From Anaerovoracaceae bacterium (GTDB lineage Bacteria; Bacillota; Clostridia; Peptostreptococcales; Anaerovoracaceae), in assembly GCA_047637815.1 (NCBI GenBank), contig JBLJBD010000058.1:1-55661 (forward strand): a DNA stretch of 55,661 bases. Direction: 5' to 3'. A model generated the notes under the pieces. That model was given only the letters and a program-made list of their open reading frames with translations, was not told where the DNA came from and did not search any database. Shown here one piece after another: positions 45,624 to 55,249 of this stretch. Every line of letters begins with the position of its first letter. Positions within the stretch are counted from its first letter, which is position 1. The position numbers and the translations under genes were made by a program.

Positions 45624-48104
45624 TCACTCCAGAACTGCGCCCTTTTCTTCCAGCCTTTTTTGAAGGATGGGTACCGAAACATCCTGTACGGTCACATCTT
45701 CTGAAAAGGACTGAACGGCGGCTGTACCTGCGGCCTCTCCCAGGATCATGTACTGAAGTTCCATCCTCAGGGAACCATAGGCTACATGGCTGGCGGACAT
45801 ACAAACGGGAACTAGAAGGTTTTCCGCTTCCTCTCTTTTCGGGACCATAATCCTATAGGGAATTTGATAGGGGCTGACACGCACCTGAATATCCCCCTCG
45901 TTCTGAATATATCCATCGGCCGTTATGAAGCGCTGAACATGATGGGAATCGATGTTATAGGTACCCATTCCGATGGAATCTTCTTTGGCCCGATTGGTTT
46001 GAAGGTCCTGCTGAGTCATGACAAACTCACCGGTCATCCGCCTTCCTTCCCGTAGGTAAATCTGATAAGGCCAGTTTCCGTTATCAACAAATTCATCCCT
46101 GGCGTAACCCCACCTGCCGATTTCCTCTCGCAATTCCGTCGGAACACTTTCGTCCTTCCAGAGAAAATAAAACAATCCTTCCAGGTAGTTACGGTGGGCG
46201 CCTTCGATTTCTCTGCGGGTCCGCAAGTCTCCCTCAGCATAATCCAGGCTTCCTCCAATGTAATCGGTGGAAAAGGGACCGGAATTATTGACATCCGCCT
46301 TATTGTTAGGCAACCGTCCAAAAAACATCAGATCAGACAGGGTCAAGGCCCTGCCCCCTTCATTGGACTTCAGCACCTCCAGCCAATGGAGCAGAAGTTC
46401 ATATCTGGCGGGATCATAGAAGAGAGGCTTTGAAAAGGGAATCTGATTGGCCGGATCATTGCTAAGGCAGAGGCGATAGGTATAGGCCTGTATCCTTTCG
46501 TCCCCCGATCCTCGCTGGCCAACCGGCTCCGGCGAAACTTCCGGATAGACGGCTCCGGAAGAGGTCTCTGCCTTCATCGGATAAATAAAATTGTTGCCCA
46601 TAAAGCCGGGACGGCTCCCCGCAAGGCTCTCTCCATACTGAGAAACGCTTTCCCGGCCCAGGGTATAGGATACCCCGGAGTAGGCCATCAGGTCTCCCTC
46701 ATAGGAACAATCGATAAAGATCTGGGCGGCATAAGAACTATCATCTCCGGTCCGGATTCCCGTAATTTTGGCGCGGTTTCCTTCCACGCCCCCTGCAGGA
46801 AGCCATTTCTCATAGTAAACATCGATACCGGCTTCTGCCGCCATCTGGAGAAGAGTCTCCTCTGCTGCATGGGGCTCAAAATCCCAGCTGATTTCCCGAT
46901 TGTAGCGGCTTCCCACCTTTTGGAGAAAGGCTTTTGCCAGTCCTCCTATTTTTTCTGTGTTCCGCCGGTCTGTATAGCCAAGCCCGGAGGATACCATGCC
47001 ACCCAGATGCCTTCCCGGCTCCAGAATCGCCACGTCCGCTCCCTCTTGGGCTGCTGCAATGGCCGCCATCACCCCGGATGCCGTTCCTCCGTAAACCAGC
47101 ACATCGTAATAGGTAACGTAATCATCAAACCGGACGGGAAGGGTCTGCCAGGTTTCAATATTCAGATGGTCTGTTTTATATTTTCCCCCTTCCACTGTCA
47201 GGACCATTTGGGAAGAATCGTACAAATGGCATAGGGTGTTGACAAGGCTCTGCAAAAGGAGGCCCTCGTCGACGGAGCGGAGATCCATTCCTGCGGAAAA
47301 TGGCCGGTTCCAATCTACCCGGAGAGTCCCTTCCCCTTTTTTGGGAGGAAGGATCCCTTTTATTTCTGCTTCTTTGGATATTCCCAGAACGTCTCCCAGC
47401 GCTCTGGTCATAACCGCTTCATTGGTATCATTGGTTTGAAAGGTAACATCCCGGCTTCGGGTATAGATTTTTTTCTCGTTGAAATCCGGATAGTAAAAGA
47501 GGATGGGTTCGATTCTGGAAGCTTCCGTTTCAATCCGGCTTAACGTGTAGCTGATTTCCTGATTACCCTCCCTCACAATGGACTTTACCAAACCCCAGTC
47601 TTTTCCATAGTAGTCAAGGGTTTTTTTGCCAGCTCCCTCGGTGACTACCTCCATGACCTCAAAGCTGCCGGCAGGGGTTTCCATTGAAATACCGGCCTTC
47701 CCGATGGTTCGAATCCTCCCATCCCTGAGTTCCCAGGAGTTCCCCTCCTCCACGGGGCTCTGAAGGATTACCTCTGCTGGCAAATTACGACGTTCCATTA
47801 TATTTTCCCGGAAGTACTTTTCCCGAACAGGCGTGGTGCGGGTTAGCCGCCCATCTTTCCATTCCATCACAACAGCTGCTCCACCATTACCGTCGGTTAT
47901 CCGCTGCTGAACCTTATTATCGGAAATGTAATCGTTATAGACTTCATAAGGAAGGGCCCCTTCCCCGGCTCCGTCATAATAGAAGCGAGTATTCTCCAGG
48001 AAAGGAAAATACAGGGCGGCTTCTTCCTTTTCCGGGGCTTTTGCGCAACTAAAAAGGAGTGCTCCAAGCAAAAGAAGCCATCCAATCAGAATGATCTTTT
48101 TCAC
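45624..48104 (-). CDS. lipoprotein with an N-terminal unknown domain, a GerMN-like domain and a C-terminal FAD-dependent oxidoreductase (PF12831-like) domain
   Basis: The GTG at 48104 is preceded by GGGGGTG and gives (M)KKIILIGWLLLLGALLFSC, a lipobox. The middle segment (TLRVDWNRPF...LLLQSLVNTL...MVLTVEGG) resembles GerMN. The dinucleotide fold is YDVLVYGGTASGVMAAIAAAQEGADVAILEPGRHLGGM. Confidence 0.7.
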   Translation of the reverse strand: MKKIILIGWLLLLGALLFSCAKAPEKEEAALYFPFLENTRFYYDGAGEGALPYEVYNDYISDNKVQQRITDGNGGAAVVMEWKDGRLTRTTPVREKYFRENIMERRNLPAEVILQSPVEEGNSWELRDGRIRTIGKAGISMETPAGSFEVMEVVTEGAGKKTLDYYGKDWGLVKSIVREGNQEISYTLSRIETEASRIEPILFYYPDFNEKKIYTRSRDVTFQTNDTNEAVMTRALGDVLGISKEAEIKGILPPKKGEGTLRVDWNRPFSAGMDLRSVDEGLLLQSLVNTLCHLYDSSQMVLTVEGGKYKTDHLNIETWQTLPVRFDDYVTYYDVLVYGGTASGVMAAIAAAQEGADVAILEPGRHLGGMVSSGLGYTDRRNTEKIGGLAKAFLQKVGSRYNREISWDFEPHAAEETLLQMAAEAGIDVYYEKWLPAGGVEGNRAKITGIRTGDDSSYAAQIFIDCSYEGDLMAYSGVSYTLGRESVSQYGESLAGSRPGFMGNNFIYPMKAETSSGAVYPEVSPEPVGQRGSGDERIQAYTYRLCLSNDPANQIPFSKPLFYDPARYELLLHWLEVLKSNEGGRALTLSDLMFFGRLPNNKADVNNSGPFSTDYIGGSLDYAEGDLRTRREIEGAHRNYLEGLFYFLWKDESVPTELREEIGRWGYARDEFVDNGNWPYQIYLREGRRMTGEFVMTQQDLQTNRAKEDSIGMGTYNIDSHHVQRFITADGYIQNEGDIQVRVSPYQIPYRIMVPKREEAENLLVPVCMSASHVAYGSLRMELQYMILGEAAGTAAVQSFSEDVTVQDVSVPILQKRLEEKGAVLE

Positions 48105-48130
48105 TTGCAGCACCCCCTTTAATAGAAGCA

Positions 48131-49687
48131 TCAGCCAAGGGAATTAAATTTCCAGGTATCTCTCAAATGTTTCCGAAAGACATCCAGCAAGCTTTTGGGT
48201 TCATCGATGTAATAGGATCGGGCAATGTTCCCGTAGGCATCCTTATCCGCCCCATCCCACCAGATGGCCACCTTGATTCCCGGGTATTTCCGGAAGCTGC
48301 GGAACATGTTGTCTACCCACTGGGTTTTATCCCCACCCGTATTGGCCGACGCAAACTCGGTGATCATCAGGGGCTGAGAAAAACGGTTGACGTAGTCCCG
48401 ATACAACCAGTCATAGAGTTCATCAAAGGTCTGCCATTTTTCTCCGGTGGCCGCATAATAGGTTCCCGTGTTATAGGCGGTTAGTCCCACCACATCCACA
48501 TACTCATCACCGGGATAGTACATCATGGTATGGTTCCACCGGAAGTCCGGGAAGGATTCTCCGTTGGGATTCCAGACCCAGATCACATTATCCGCCCCTG
48601 CTTCTTCAAATATCTGGTATACATAGCGATACCATTCTTTGAAAATCATCGGGTCTCTGGAGGTATGATAACTGGAATAAGGGCACCAGTCCCCGTTCAT
48701 TTCATTGCCGAGGCGGAAGAGGACCGGATGGTCAAAGTCCGCAATGACCCCGGCATAATCCTTGAGGAAGGAGTCATACTCTCCCTGCAGGACATCGTAG
48801 ACCATATTGCCCGTACCAGCTGCTTTCCAATTGGTCTGAAGGGTCAGTTCCAGCACTTTGCCGTGTTTCCAGGCCGTGTCCAGCCGTTCCTTCAGATTGG
48901 GATGTTTATAGGTATTTTCAAACTCACTGTAATTGAGTATGATTGGAAACTGATAACCAATATAATTTTCAAAGTAATCCAGGGTCTTGTAGTCAAACAT
49001 CGCCGTGGTAGGCTCGAAAATCCCCCAGGTCAAAGGTGCTTCCTCAGCAAAGTAGCGGGTATAGTATTCCAGGGTTTCCGGATTCCAACCACGGGTTTCC
49101 GGATCGGTTGCCGTCGTTTTTCGATGAACCGCCGATTTGGTTGGCTGGAAGGTTTTAAAGTCCTGGATCAGGGTGGCATAACCGCCCAGATTGCTGATGG
49201 GCTGGTTGGCTTTGACAAAAATTGTATAGGCCGTGTTTCCTTCCACCAAATCCATTACCAGATAGAAGTTCTTGTCATTCCGAACCCTGCTCAGTTTATC
49301 CCGGTTCCAGGAAACAAGATGTACCTGTCGGCCGGCAATAGTCTGATAGCCTTGATATTCAATCCGGTGATCCGCCGTATTTTCTGTAAAACGATTGGAG
49401 TAATTCATGTAGCCGGCTCGTCCGACGCCGCTCAGGGGTTGACGGAATATTTCAATCCGCTTGCTGCTGTTTTCCAGAACAGCTACCACATCCGAGTCGG
49501 TCATATCCGCCTTCATGTCGCCATCCACCTGAAGGCTGTATCCATCTACATAATTGACGAAGGTGGCCATGTTGCCCTGCTTCGTCAGGTCGTACAAATC
49601 CTGCCGGCTGGTTTCAGCAGCCGATGAGGCAGGGGCGGAACCCAAAAGCAGAAGGGTTGTCATCAATAAGGCAATTATTCTCTTCAA
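48131..49687 (-). CDS. secreted glycoside hydrolase family 26-like protein with an unassigned N-terminal domain
   Basis: The TTG start at 49687 lies 8 nt after AGGAG. Signal peptide is KRIIALLMTTLLLLGSAPASSAAE. The C-terminal half has LFRLGNEMNGDW, VIWVWNPN and LMITEFAS, resembling GH26 acid/base and nucleophile motifs. Confidence 0.6.
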   Translation of the reverse strand: MKRIIALLMTTLLLLGSAPASSAAETSRQDLYDLTKQGNMATFVNYVDGYSLQVDGDMKADMTDSDVVAVLENSSKRIEIFRQPLSGVGRAGYMNYSNRFTENTADHRIEYQGYQTIAGRQVHLVSWNRDKLSRVRNDKNFYLVMDLVEGNTAYTIFVKANQPISNLGGYATLIQDFKTFQPTKSAVHRKTTATDPETRGWNPETLEYYTRYFAEEAPLTWGIFEPTTAMFDYKTLDYFENYIGYQFPIILNYSEFENTYKHPNLKERLDTAWKHGKVLELTLQTNWKAAGTGNMVYDVLQGEYDSFLKDYAGVIADFDHPVLFRLGNEMNGDWCPYSSYHTSRDPMIFKEWYRYVYQIFEEAGADNVIWVWNPNGESFPDFRWNHTMMYYPGDEYVDVVGLTAYNTGTYYAATGEKWQTFDELYDWLYRDYVNRFSQPLMITEFASANTGGDKTQWVDNMFRSFRKYPGIKVAIWWDGADKDAYGNIARSYYIDEPKSLLDVFRKHLRDTWKFNSLG

Positions 49688-49710
49688 AACGGTTGCTCCT
49701 GTCTATCTTT

Positions 49711-49739
49711 ATAGTATACTTCTTTTCCTTAATTTTCAA
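49711..49739 (-). promoter_or_regulatory. candidate sigma-A promoter for the GH26-like gene (TTGAAA-17 nt-TACTAT)
   Basis: Minus strand reads TTGAAA (49739..49734, inside the last codons of cobO) and TACTAT (49716..49711). Confidence 0.35.
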
Positions 49740-50247
49740 TTCCTGTTCTGGCCATAACTCCTTCGTTGAAGTAATGCTTGATTTCCTTCATTTCGGTCAC
49801 CAGATTGGCAAATTCGATGATTTCTTCCGGCGCATAACGGCCGGTGAGAATCACTTCCATCTTTTCCGGTTTTTTCTTCAGTACCTCCAGAACCTGCTCC
49901 ACCTTCAGCAGCCCAAAGAACAGGGTCGTGTTGATCTCATCAAAGACCACCACATCATGCTCTCCTTCTGTGATGATTTCATCCATCCGCTTCAGACCTC
50001 GCTGGGCCATCTCAAAATCCTTTTCCGTCGGTTTTCCGTGCAAAAACTCCACATCGCCGAATTGCTCGATCTGTAAGCCGGGCAGGTATTCCATGGCCTT
50101 CAGTTCACTATAGCTCTGGCCTTTCATGAACTGGCCGATAAAAGCCTTATTCCCGGCACAGATGGTACGGAGCACCAGGCCGAAAGCTGCTGTGGTCTTT
50201 CCCTTTCCGTTGCCGGTATAAACCTGTACATAACCCTTATCCAACAT
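49729..50247 (-). CDS. cobO: cob(I)yrinic acid a,c-diamide (corrinoid) adenosyltransferase, CobA/CobO/BtuR type
   Basis: From the ATG at 50247 (GGGAGGA upstream): MLDKGYVQVYTGNGKGKTTAAFGLVLR P-loop, 172 aa. The track ORF to 50394 overlaps the upstream gene and lacks an SD. Confidence 0.85.
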   Translation of the reverse strand: MLDKGYVQVYTGNGKGKTTAAFGLVLRTICAGNKAFIGQFMKGQSYSELKAMEYLPGLQIEQFGDVEFLHGKPTEKDFEMAQRGLKRMDEIITEGEHDVVVFDEINTTLFFGLLKVEQVLEVLKKKPEKMEVILTGRYAPEEIIEFANLVTEMKEIKHYFNEGVMARTGIEN

Positions 50248-50248
50248 A

Positions 50249-51802
50249 TTACCGATCCTCCCTTTCTTTATAACGACGGATAATCTGCTCGGCAATCCGG
50301 ATACCATCCACCGCAGCGGAGGTGATTCCGCCGGAATAACCGGCTCCCTCGCCTCCAGGATATAGACCCCGAATCTCCGATTGATATCCCTCATCCCTTA
50401 AAATTCTCACCGGGGAAGAGCTCCTGGTTTCGATCCCCTTCAGAATCGTTGCCGGCGAATCAAATCCCCGAAGTTTACGACCCAGGGCGGGCAGGACCTC
50501 CAGAACCGATTCGTTCACAAAGGGGGGCAGTGCCTGGCGTAGCAGGGCTCCCTTTCCTTTATCATCCTGATAATCACCCAGTCTGCAGGTCAGGGGCTCG
50601 TAGCTTTCCCCATTCAGACGGAATGCCAGTTGTTCATAGTGTTCCTGGAAATCCAGACCAGCCAGGGGGCTTTCTGATGAAAAATCCGATACCCGGACAT
50701 CCACCAAAAGGCCACTGTTGGCATACTTCCCATCTCTGGCATGATAGCTCATGCCGTTGGTAACCAGGCAACCCGGATGGGAGGAAGCGCTGATCACTTC
50801 TCCTCCCGGGCACATGCAGAAGGTGTAGACTCCTCTTCCGGAGGAACTCCGTCCCGATAATTTATACTCCGCAGGGGGAAGGCCGGTCTGTTTGCCATAC
50901 TGGGCCTGATCGATCCAGCTTTGGGTATGCTGAATCCGAAATCCCATGGAATAAGGTTTGGCTTCCATGGGAATCCCCATTTGATGCAACTGACGGAAGG
51001 TATCTCTGGCACTGTGACCCACGGTCAGTATCAGGTCATCGGTTTCAATCCATTCCCCATGACCTGCCTCCACCCCAGTAACCCGGCCGTCCTCGATCCG
51101 GATTCCGGTAAGAGGGCTGCTGAACCGGATCTGGCCACCAAGGGAAAGAATTTTCTTCCGAAGGTTGACGACCACACCACGAAGCCGATCTGTTCCGATA
51201 TGGGGCTTTTGTCGATAGAGGATTTCCTCATCGGCACCGGCCTTGTGAAACTCCATCAGGACCTTCTGAATCCGCTTGTCTTTTATTCCGGTGGTCAGCT
51301 TGCCGTCAGAAAAGGTACCGGCGCCTCCTTCCCCGAACTGTACGTTAGACTCCGGATCCAGAGTTTCATCCTCCCAGAATCGTTCCACGTCCCGGATCCT
51401 TTCATTCATAGGCTTTCCCCTTTCGAGGATGATGGGCTTTAATCCCATTTCCGCCAGAATCAGACCGGCAAAGATCCCGGCAGGGCCGAACCCGGCGATG
51501 ACCGGCGAATGCCTTAGTTCTTCCGTCCCCCGCTCCGGAAACTGATATTCCTGCAGTCCCCCCTGGTCCAGGGGAAGCTTGATTTCCGGATCCTCCGGTT
51601 CAAAATCCACGCTGTAGACAATCCGAATATCCCCTTTATCCCGGGCATCGATGGATTCCTTAACGATGCGCCAGTTCTTTATTTCTAATGCGGGTTTCTT
51701 CAGTTTTTCCCGGATACGCTCCGGGATAACCCGGGCGTCTTCCCCTACCTGGCATTTTATTTCGTGAATCCTATAGATCATTCCGTCCTCGTTTCTTATC
51801 AT
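50249..51802 (-). CDS. uncharacterized FAD-dependent dehydrogenase (COG2509-like)
   Basis: PVIAGFGPAGIFAGLILAEMG dinucleotide fold with GGAGTFSDGKL downstream. About 517 aa. The start forms an ATGA overlap with the upstream flavoprotein gene; an alternative ATG is at 51781. Confidence 0.7.
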   Translation of the reverse strand: MIRNEDGMIYRIHEIKCQVGEDARVIPERIREKLKKPALEIKNWRIVKESIDARDKGDIRIVYSVDFEPEDPEIKLPLDQGGLQEYQFPERGTEELRHSPVIAGFGPAGIFAGLILAEMGLKPIILERGKPMNERIRDVERFWEDETLDPESNVQFGEGGAGTFSDGKLTTGIKDKRIQKVLMEFHKAGADEEILYRQKPHIGTDRLRGVVVNLRKKILSLGGQIRFSSPLTGIRIEDGRVTGVEAGHGEWIETDDLILTVGHSARDTFRQLHQMGIPMEAKPYSMGFRIQHTQSWIDQAQYGKQTGLPPAEYKLSGRSSSGRGVYTFCMCPGGEVISASSHPGCLVTNGMSYHARDGKYANSGLLVDVRVSDFSSESPLAGLDFQEHYEQLAFRLNGESYEPLTCRLGDYQDDKGKGALLRQALPPFVNESVLEVLPALGRKLRGFDSPATILKGIETRSSSPVRILRDEGYQSEIRGLYPGGEGAGYSGGITSAAVDGIRIAEQIIRRYKEREDR

Positions 51803-53013
51803 TTACTATTATTGAGAAAGCTTCCCATAGCCTTACCGGCCTTCATACCCTGAATCCAGGCCATCTGCAGATTATATCCCCCACAGGGCTGGTCACTGTC
51901 TGTAATTTCCCCAGCCAGATAGAGACCGGGAAATTTCTGGGATTCCATGGTTTCCGGATTCAGTTCCTCTAAAGGGACTCCGCCCGCTGTGGCTTGGGCA
52001 GTCCGCCAGCCCTTTCCACCGGTGACGGTAAAAGGCAGTTCCTTCAAGAAGCCGGTTAATATATCAAGTTCCCTGTCACTTAAATCCTGAACCTCTGCCC
52101 TTGTTTTCCCTGATAGTCCGGCTTTTTCGAATACGAAGGGGATCAGCTTACTGGGAACCATGGAATGGAGAGTCCATAAACCCATAGAATTTCCAAGGGC
52201 GGTTCTTCGCTTTTTCAGATAGTCCTTCAAGGCTTCACGGTTCATTTCCGGCAAACCGTCTAACGTAATCCGATAGCGCCGGAATCCTTCCTCCGGGTTT
52301 TCTCCCGGATCCAGCTTCAGGAATCGGGTAAGATCAAAGATGCAGATTCCAGACAAGCCATCTTCCGTGAATTGAACCTCTCCGGATTCCTCTGCCACCA
52401 AGCTGCCGTCTTTCCACAAAGAAGCCTTGCCTTGAAGGCGTACCCCCTTCACATCCAGAAAATCTCCCTCGCAGGATATAGGCATCAACACCGGAGCCAG
52501 CCGCTTGACCGTGTGACCCAGGTTCCTGGCCAACCGGAATCCTTCTCCCGTGGTGCCGAATTGGGGGGCAGCCTTACCTCCGGTGGTCATCCCCAGCAAT
52601 CGGGATTGGATTGTGCTGCCATCATCCAACTTGATGGTAAAGGCATAAGGGCTTCCTGCAACTTCCACGGCTTCCCGATTTAGAATCCATCGAATCCCCA
52701 GTTGCTTCATTTCCCGCTCCAGCGCTTCCACTACAGAGGCAGCCTGCTGGCTCCTGGGATAAAGCCGGCCCTCCTCTTCCTCATAGGTCAGCAGGCTGAG
52801 GGAATCAAAAAACGCCAGGACCGGTTGAATTCCCGGCCCTCTGGTATTTCCAACGTTGCACCGGCCGTTGCCGGTGGCGTACAATTTTTTTCCAAGTTTA
52901 TCGTTTTTTTCTACCAGGACGATCCGGCATGCAGGGTTTTCCCTTTTCGCCACAATCGCCATGGTCATGCCGGCAGCTCCTCCACCGACAATACAGATGT
53001 CTTCCATCTCCAC
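51799..53013 (-). CDS. HI0933/BaiN-like NAD(P)/FAD-dependent oxidoreductase (aminoacetone-oxidase family)
   Basis: ICIVGGGAAGMTMA, KLGKKLYATGNGRCNVGN, LYLAGEITDSDQPCGGYNLQ. 404 aa. Confidence 0.8.
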   Translation of the reverse strand: MEMEDICIVGGGAAGMTMAIVAKRENPACRIVLVEKNDKLGKKLYATGNGRCNVGNTRGPGIQPVLAFFDSLSLLTYEEEEGRLYPRSQQAASVVEALEREMKQLGIRWILNREAVEVAGSPYAFTIKLDDGSTIQSRLLGMTTGGKAAPQFGTTGEGFRLARNLGHTVKRLAPVLMPISCEGDFLDVKGVRLQGKASLWKDGSLVAEESGEVQFTEDGLSGICIFDLTRFLKLDPGENPEEGFRRYRITLDGLPEMNREALKDYLKKRRTALGNSMGLWTLHSMVPSKLIPFVFEKAGLSGKTRAEVQDLSDRELDILTGFLKELPFTVTGGKGWRTAQATAGGVPLEELNPETMESQKFPGLYLAGEITDSDQPCGGYNLQMAWIQGMKAGKAMGSFLNNSK

Positions 53014-53036
53014 CTCTTTGTGCTATTGTGAAATAT

Positions 53037-54689
53037 CTATAAGGATTCCAGGTGATCCTGAGCCGCCTGAACGATGGCCAGCTCTGCGCTTCGATAGACA
53101 TTTTCTTCGCCGATGATTTCGATGAAGCCCCCACGGGTCAAGTCCCGGAGGACTTTAGGCTGAACGCTGGTCAGGATGATCTTAATATCCCTGTCTTTCA
53201 TCTCCCTGGCCAGGTCCGTCAGGCTCTGAACGCCGGACAAGTCAATAACGGGAACTCCCCGCATGGATAGAATTACCACCGAATGGTCCCGGGCCTTGGA
53301 GAGTTCCTTGACCAGTTTATCCACCACCGCAAAGAAAATCGTTCCTGTGAGGTAGACCACCCGGATGTGCTCCGGTACCACCGGCAGCTTCATACCCACT
53401 TCTTCCAGACGCTGGTTGTCGATTTCACTGACATTGATTTCAATATCCGTCAACTTTACTACAACCAGGAAGGTAGAGAAGGCTACCCCGATGATGATGG
53501 CCTGAGTCAGGTCCAATACCACCGTTGCCACCATGGTGATTCCGAATTTAGCCATACCGGTTTTAAAGCGGTGGCCGAAAATATAATGGATGTTTTCCCA
53601 GTCGTTCATCCGCCAGGCGGTGACGATCAGTACCCCTGCCAGCGCCGAAAGAGGGATGGAGGACATGACCGGGGCAAGCACGAACATGGAAAGCAGCAGA
53701 ACCAGGGCATGGATGATTCCTGCCAAACGGGTCTCACAGCCCGACTTGATTGCTACACTGGTTCGGGCTATGGCCGCAGTAGCCGGGACGCCCCCAAAGA
53801 AAGGAATCAGGACATTTCCGACGCCCTGAGCTATCAGTTCCCGGTCTCCGTTGAGTTTTTCATTTTTCATCTTGCCGGCAGAAGCACCGCAGAGAAGGCT
53901 TTCAATCATAGCCAGGGCTGCAATGGAGAAGGAAGGAATCACAAAATCCCAGATTTCTGAGTTCATCAGAGTAGAAAAGGACATGCGCTCATTGAGAAAA
54001 AGGCTTTTGGGAATCTCCCCTACCAAAGATACATCAAACTTTGCAAAATAGTTGAAAATCAAGACGACGGCCAGGGCAACCAGGGAAGAAGGAACCCGGG
54101 CGTTCCATCTTTTCGGCCAGATGATCATGATCAGGATCACCATAGAACCAATCAGGGCTGCCTGCCAATTCATGTCAAAACCAGAAGTAAAATAGGACAG
54201 GACTTTGGTGATAGCCAGTTCTCCTTCGGATTTAACCCCAAAGAAATTATCCAACTGCCCTAAAGCGATGATCACGGCAATCCCTGAGGTAAAGCCTGTT
54301 ATCACCGAAGAGGGAATAAAGTAGATGATTTTCCCCAATTTTAATATACCGGCTGCGATCAGGATGCATCCCGCCAGAAAGGATGCCAGCAATATCCCCT
54401 GCATGCCGTATTTGGCCGCAATAGTAATCAGAATCGCCGTCATGGCACCGGTAGGCCCGGAAATCTGGAAAGAGGCTCCCGATAATCCACCGATAACGAC
54501 ACCGGCGATGACGGCGGTTACCAGACCGGCTGCCGCTGTTGCTCCGGAACTTACCCCAAAGGCCAGGGCCAGGGGCAGGGCCACCGCCGCAACGGTGACT
54601 CCGGATAAAAGGTCTTTAGAAAACCGGCCCTTATCATAGCCGGCAAATTCTTTTTTTAAATCCTGTTGATATTCTTTAATGATGTTCAT
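53037..54689 (-). CDS. SulP family inorganic anion transporter with C-terminal STAS domain
   Basis: 550 aa with DLLSGVTVAAVALPLALAFG at the N-terminus, a multi-TM core and a STAS-like C-terminus. Confidence 0.88.
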   Translation of the reverse strand: MNIIKEYQQDLKKEFAGYDKGRFSKDLLSGVTVAAVALPLALAFGVSSGATAAAGLVTAVIAGVVIGGLSGASFQISGPTGAMTAILITIAAKYGMQGILLASFLAGCILIAAGILKLGKIIYFIPSSVITGFTSGIAVIIALGQLDNFFGVKSEGELAITKVLSYFTSGFDMNWQAALIGSMVILIMIIWPKRWNARVPSSLVALAVVLIFNYFAKFDVSLVGEIPKSLFLNERMSFSTLMNSEIWDFVIPSFSIAALAMIESLLCGASAGKMKNEKLNGDRELIAQGVGNVLIPFFGGVPATAAIARTSVAIKSGCETRLAGIIHALVLLLSMFVLAPVMSSIPLSALAGVLIVTAWRMNDWENIHYIFGHRFKTGMAKFGITMVATVVLDLTQAIIIGVAFSTFLVVVKLTDIEINVSEIDNQRLEEVGMKLPVVPEHIRVVYLTGTIFFAVVDKLVKELSKARDHSVVILSMRGVPVIDLSGVQSLTDLAREMKDRDIKIILTSVQPKVLRDLTRGGFIEIIGEENVYRSAELAIVQAAQDHLESL

Positions 54690-55237
54690 TCTTCTTCGCC
54701 TTTGTTTCTACGCTGATGTTTTCTCTTTTTATGAGGCATATTAATGCCCACTACCATGACATTTGCTCCCTGGATAACAAAAAAAACGCCTGCCAGAAGG
54801 ACCACCGGCCAGCTGAACAAATTGGCATTGACAAAGGCATAAAGCCCGGCCAGGGAGGCCACAATGCCAAACCCCAGGGTCCAGGCCCAGGTTTCTTCCT
54901 TTTGAGCCTTCAGCTGGAAAGCGGCAACCACCCGGAGACAACCGGAAAAAATCAGCCACATGCCGAAGAAAATGGCAATCATGGCATCTACCAGAAGCTG
55001 ATTGGACAGAACGATTCCTCCCAGAATGAAGGTCAGAATCGATTCAGAGATGACCCAGCTGCCCTCTGCTTTTCGATTTTTTTCCGTAAAATAATTAATG
55101 GCACCGGTGCCTCCTGCAAATATCATCACCAAGCCTAAAACAAAAGCAAGGGACAGGAAACTGGCGCCAGGGTTGGCAAAGCACCACACTCCCGCCAGGA
55201 GCATGAGGATACCGGATAAAATTGTAATGATTCGCAT
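54686..55237 (-). CDS. HdeD/DUF308 family membrane protein
   Basis: 183 aa with six hydrophobic segments and repeated DUF308-like helices (LAGVWCFANPG...). The stop forms an ATGA overlap with the sulP start. Confidence 0.7.
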   Translation of the reverse strand: MRIITILSGILMLLAGVWCFANPGASFLSLAFVLGLVMIFAGGTGAINYFTEKNRKAEGSWVISESILTFILGGIVLSNQLLVDAMIAIFFGMWLIFSGCLRVVAAFQLKAQKEETWAWTLGFGIVASLAGLYAFVNANLFSWPVVLLAGVFFVIQGANVMVVGINMPHKKRKHQRRNKGEEE

Positions 55238-55249
55238 GAACGTTCTCCT

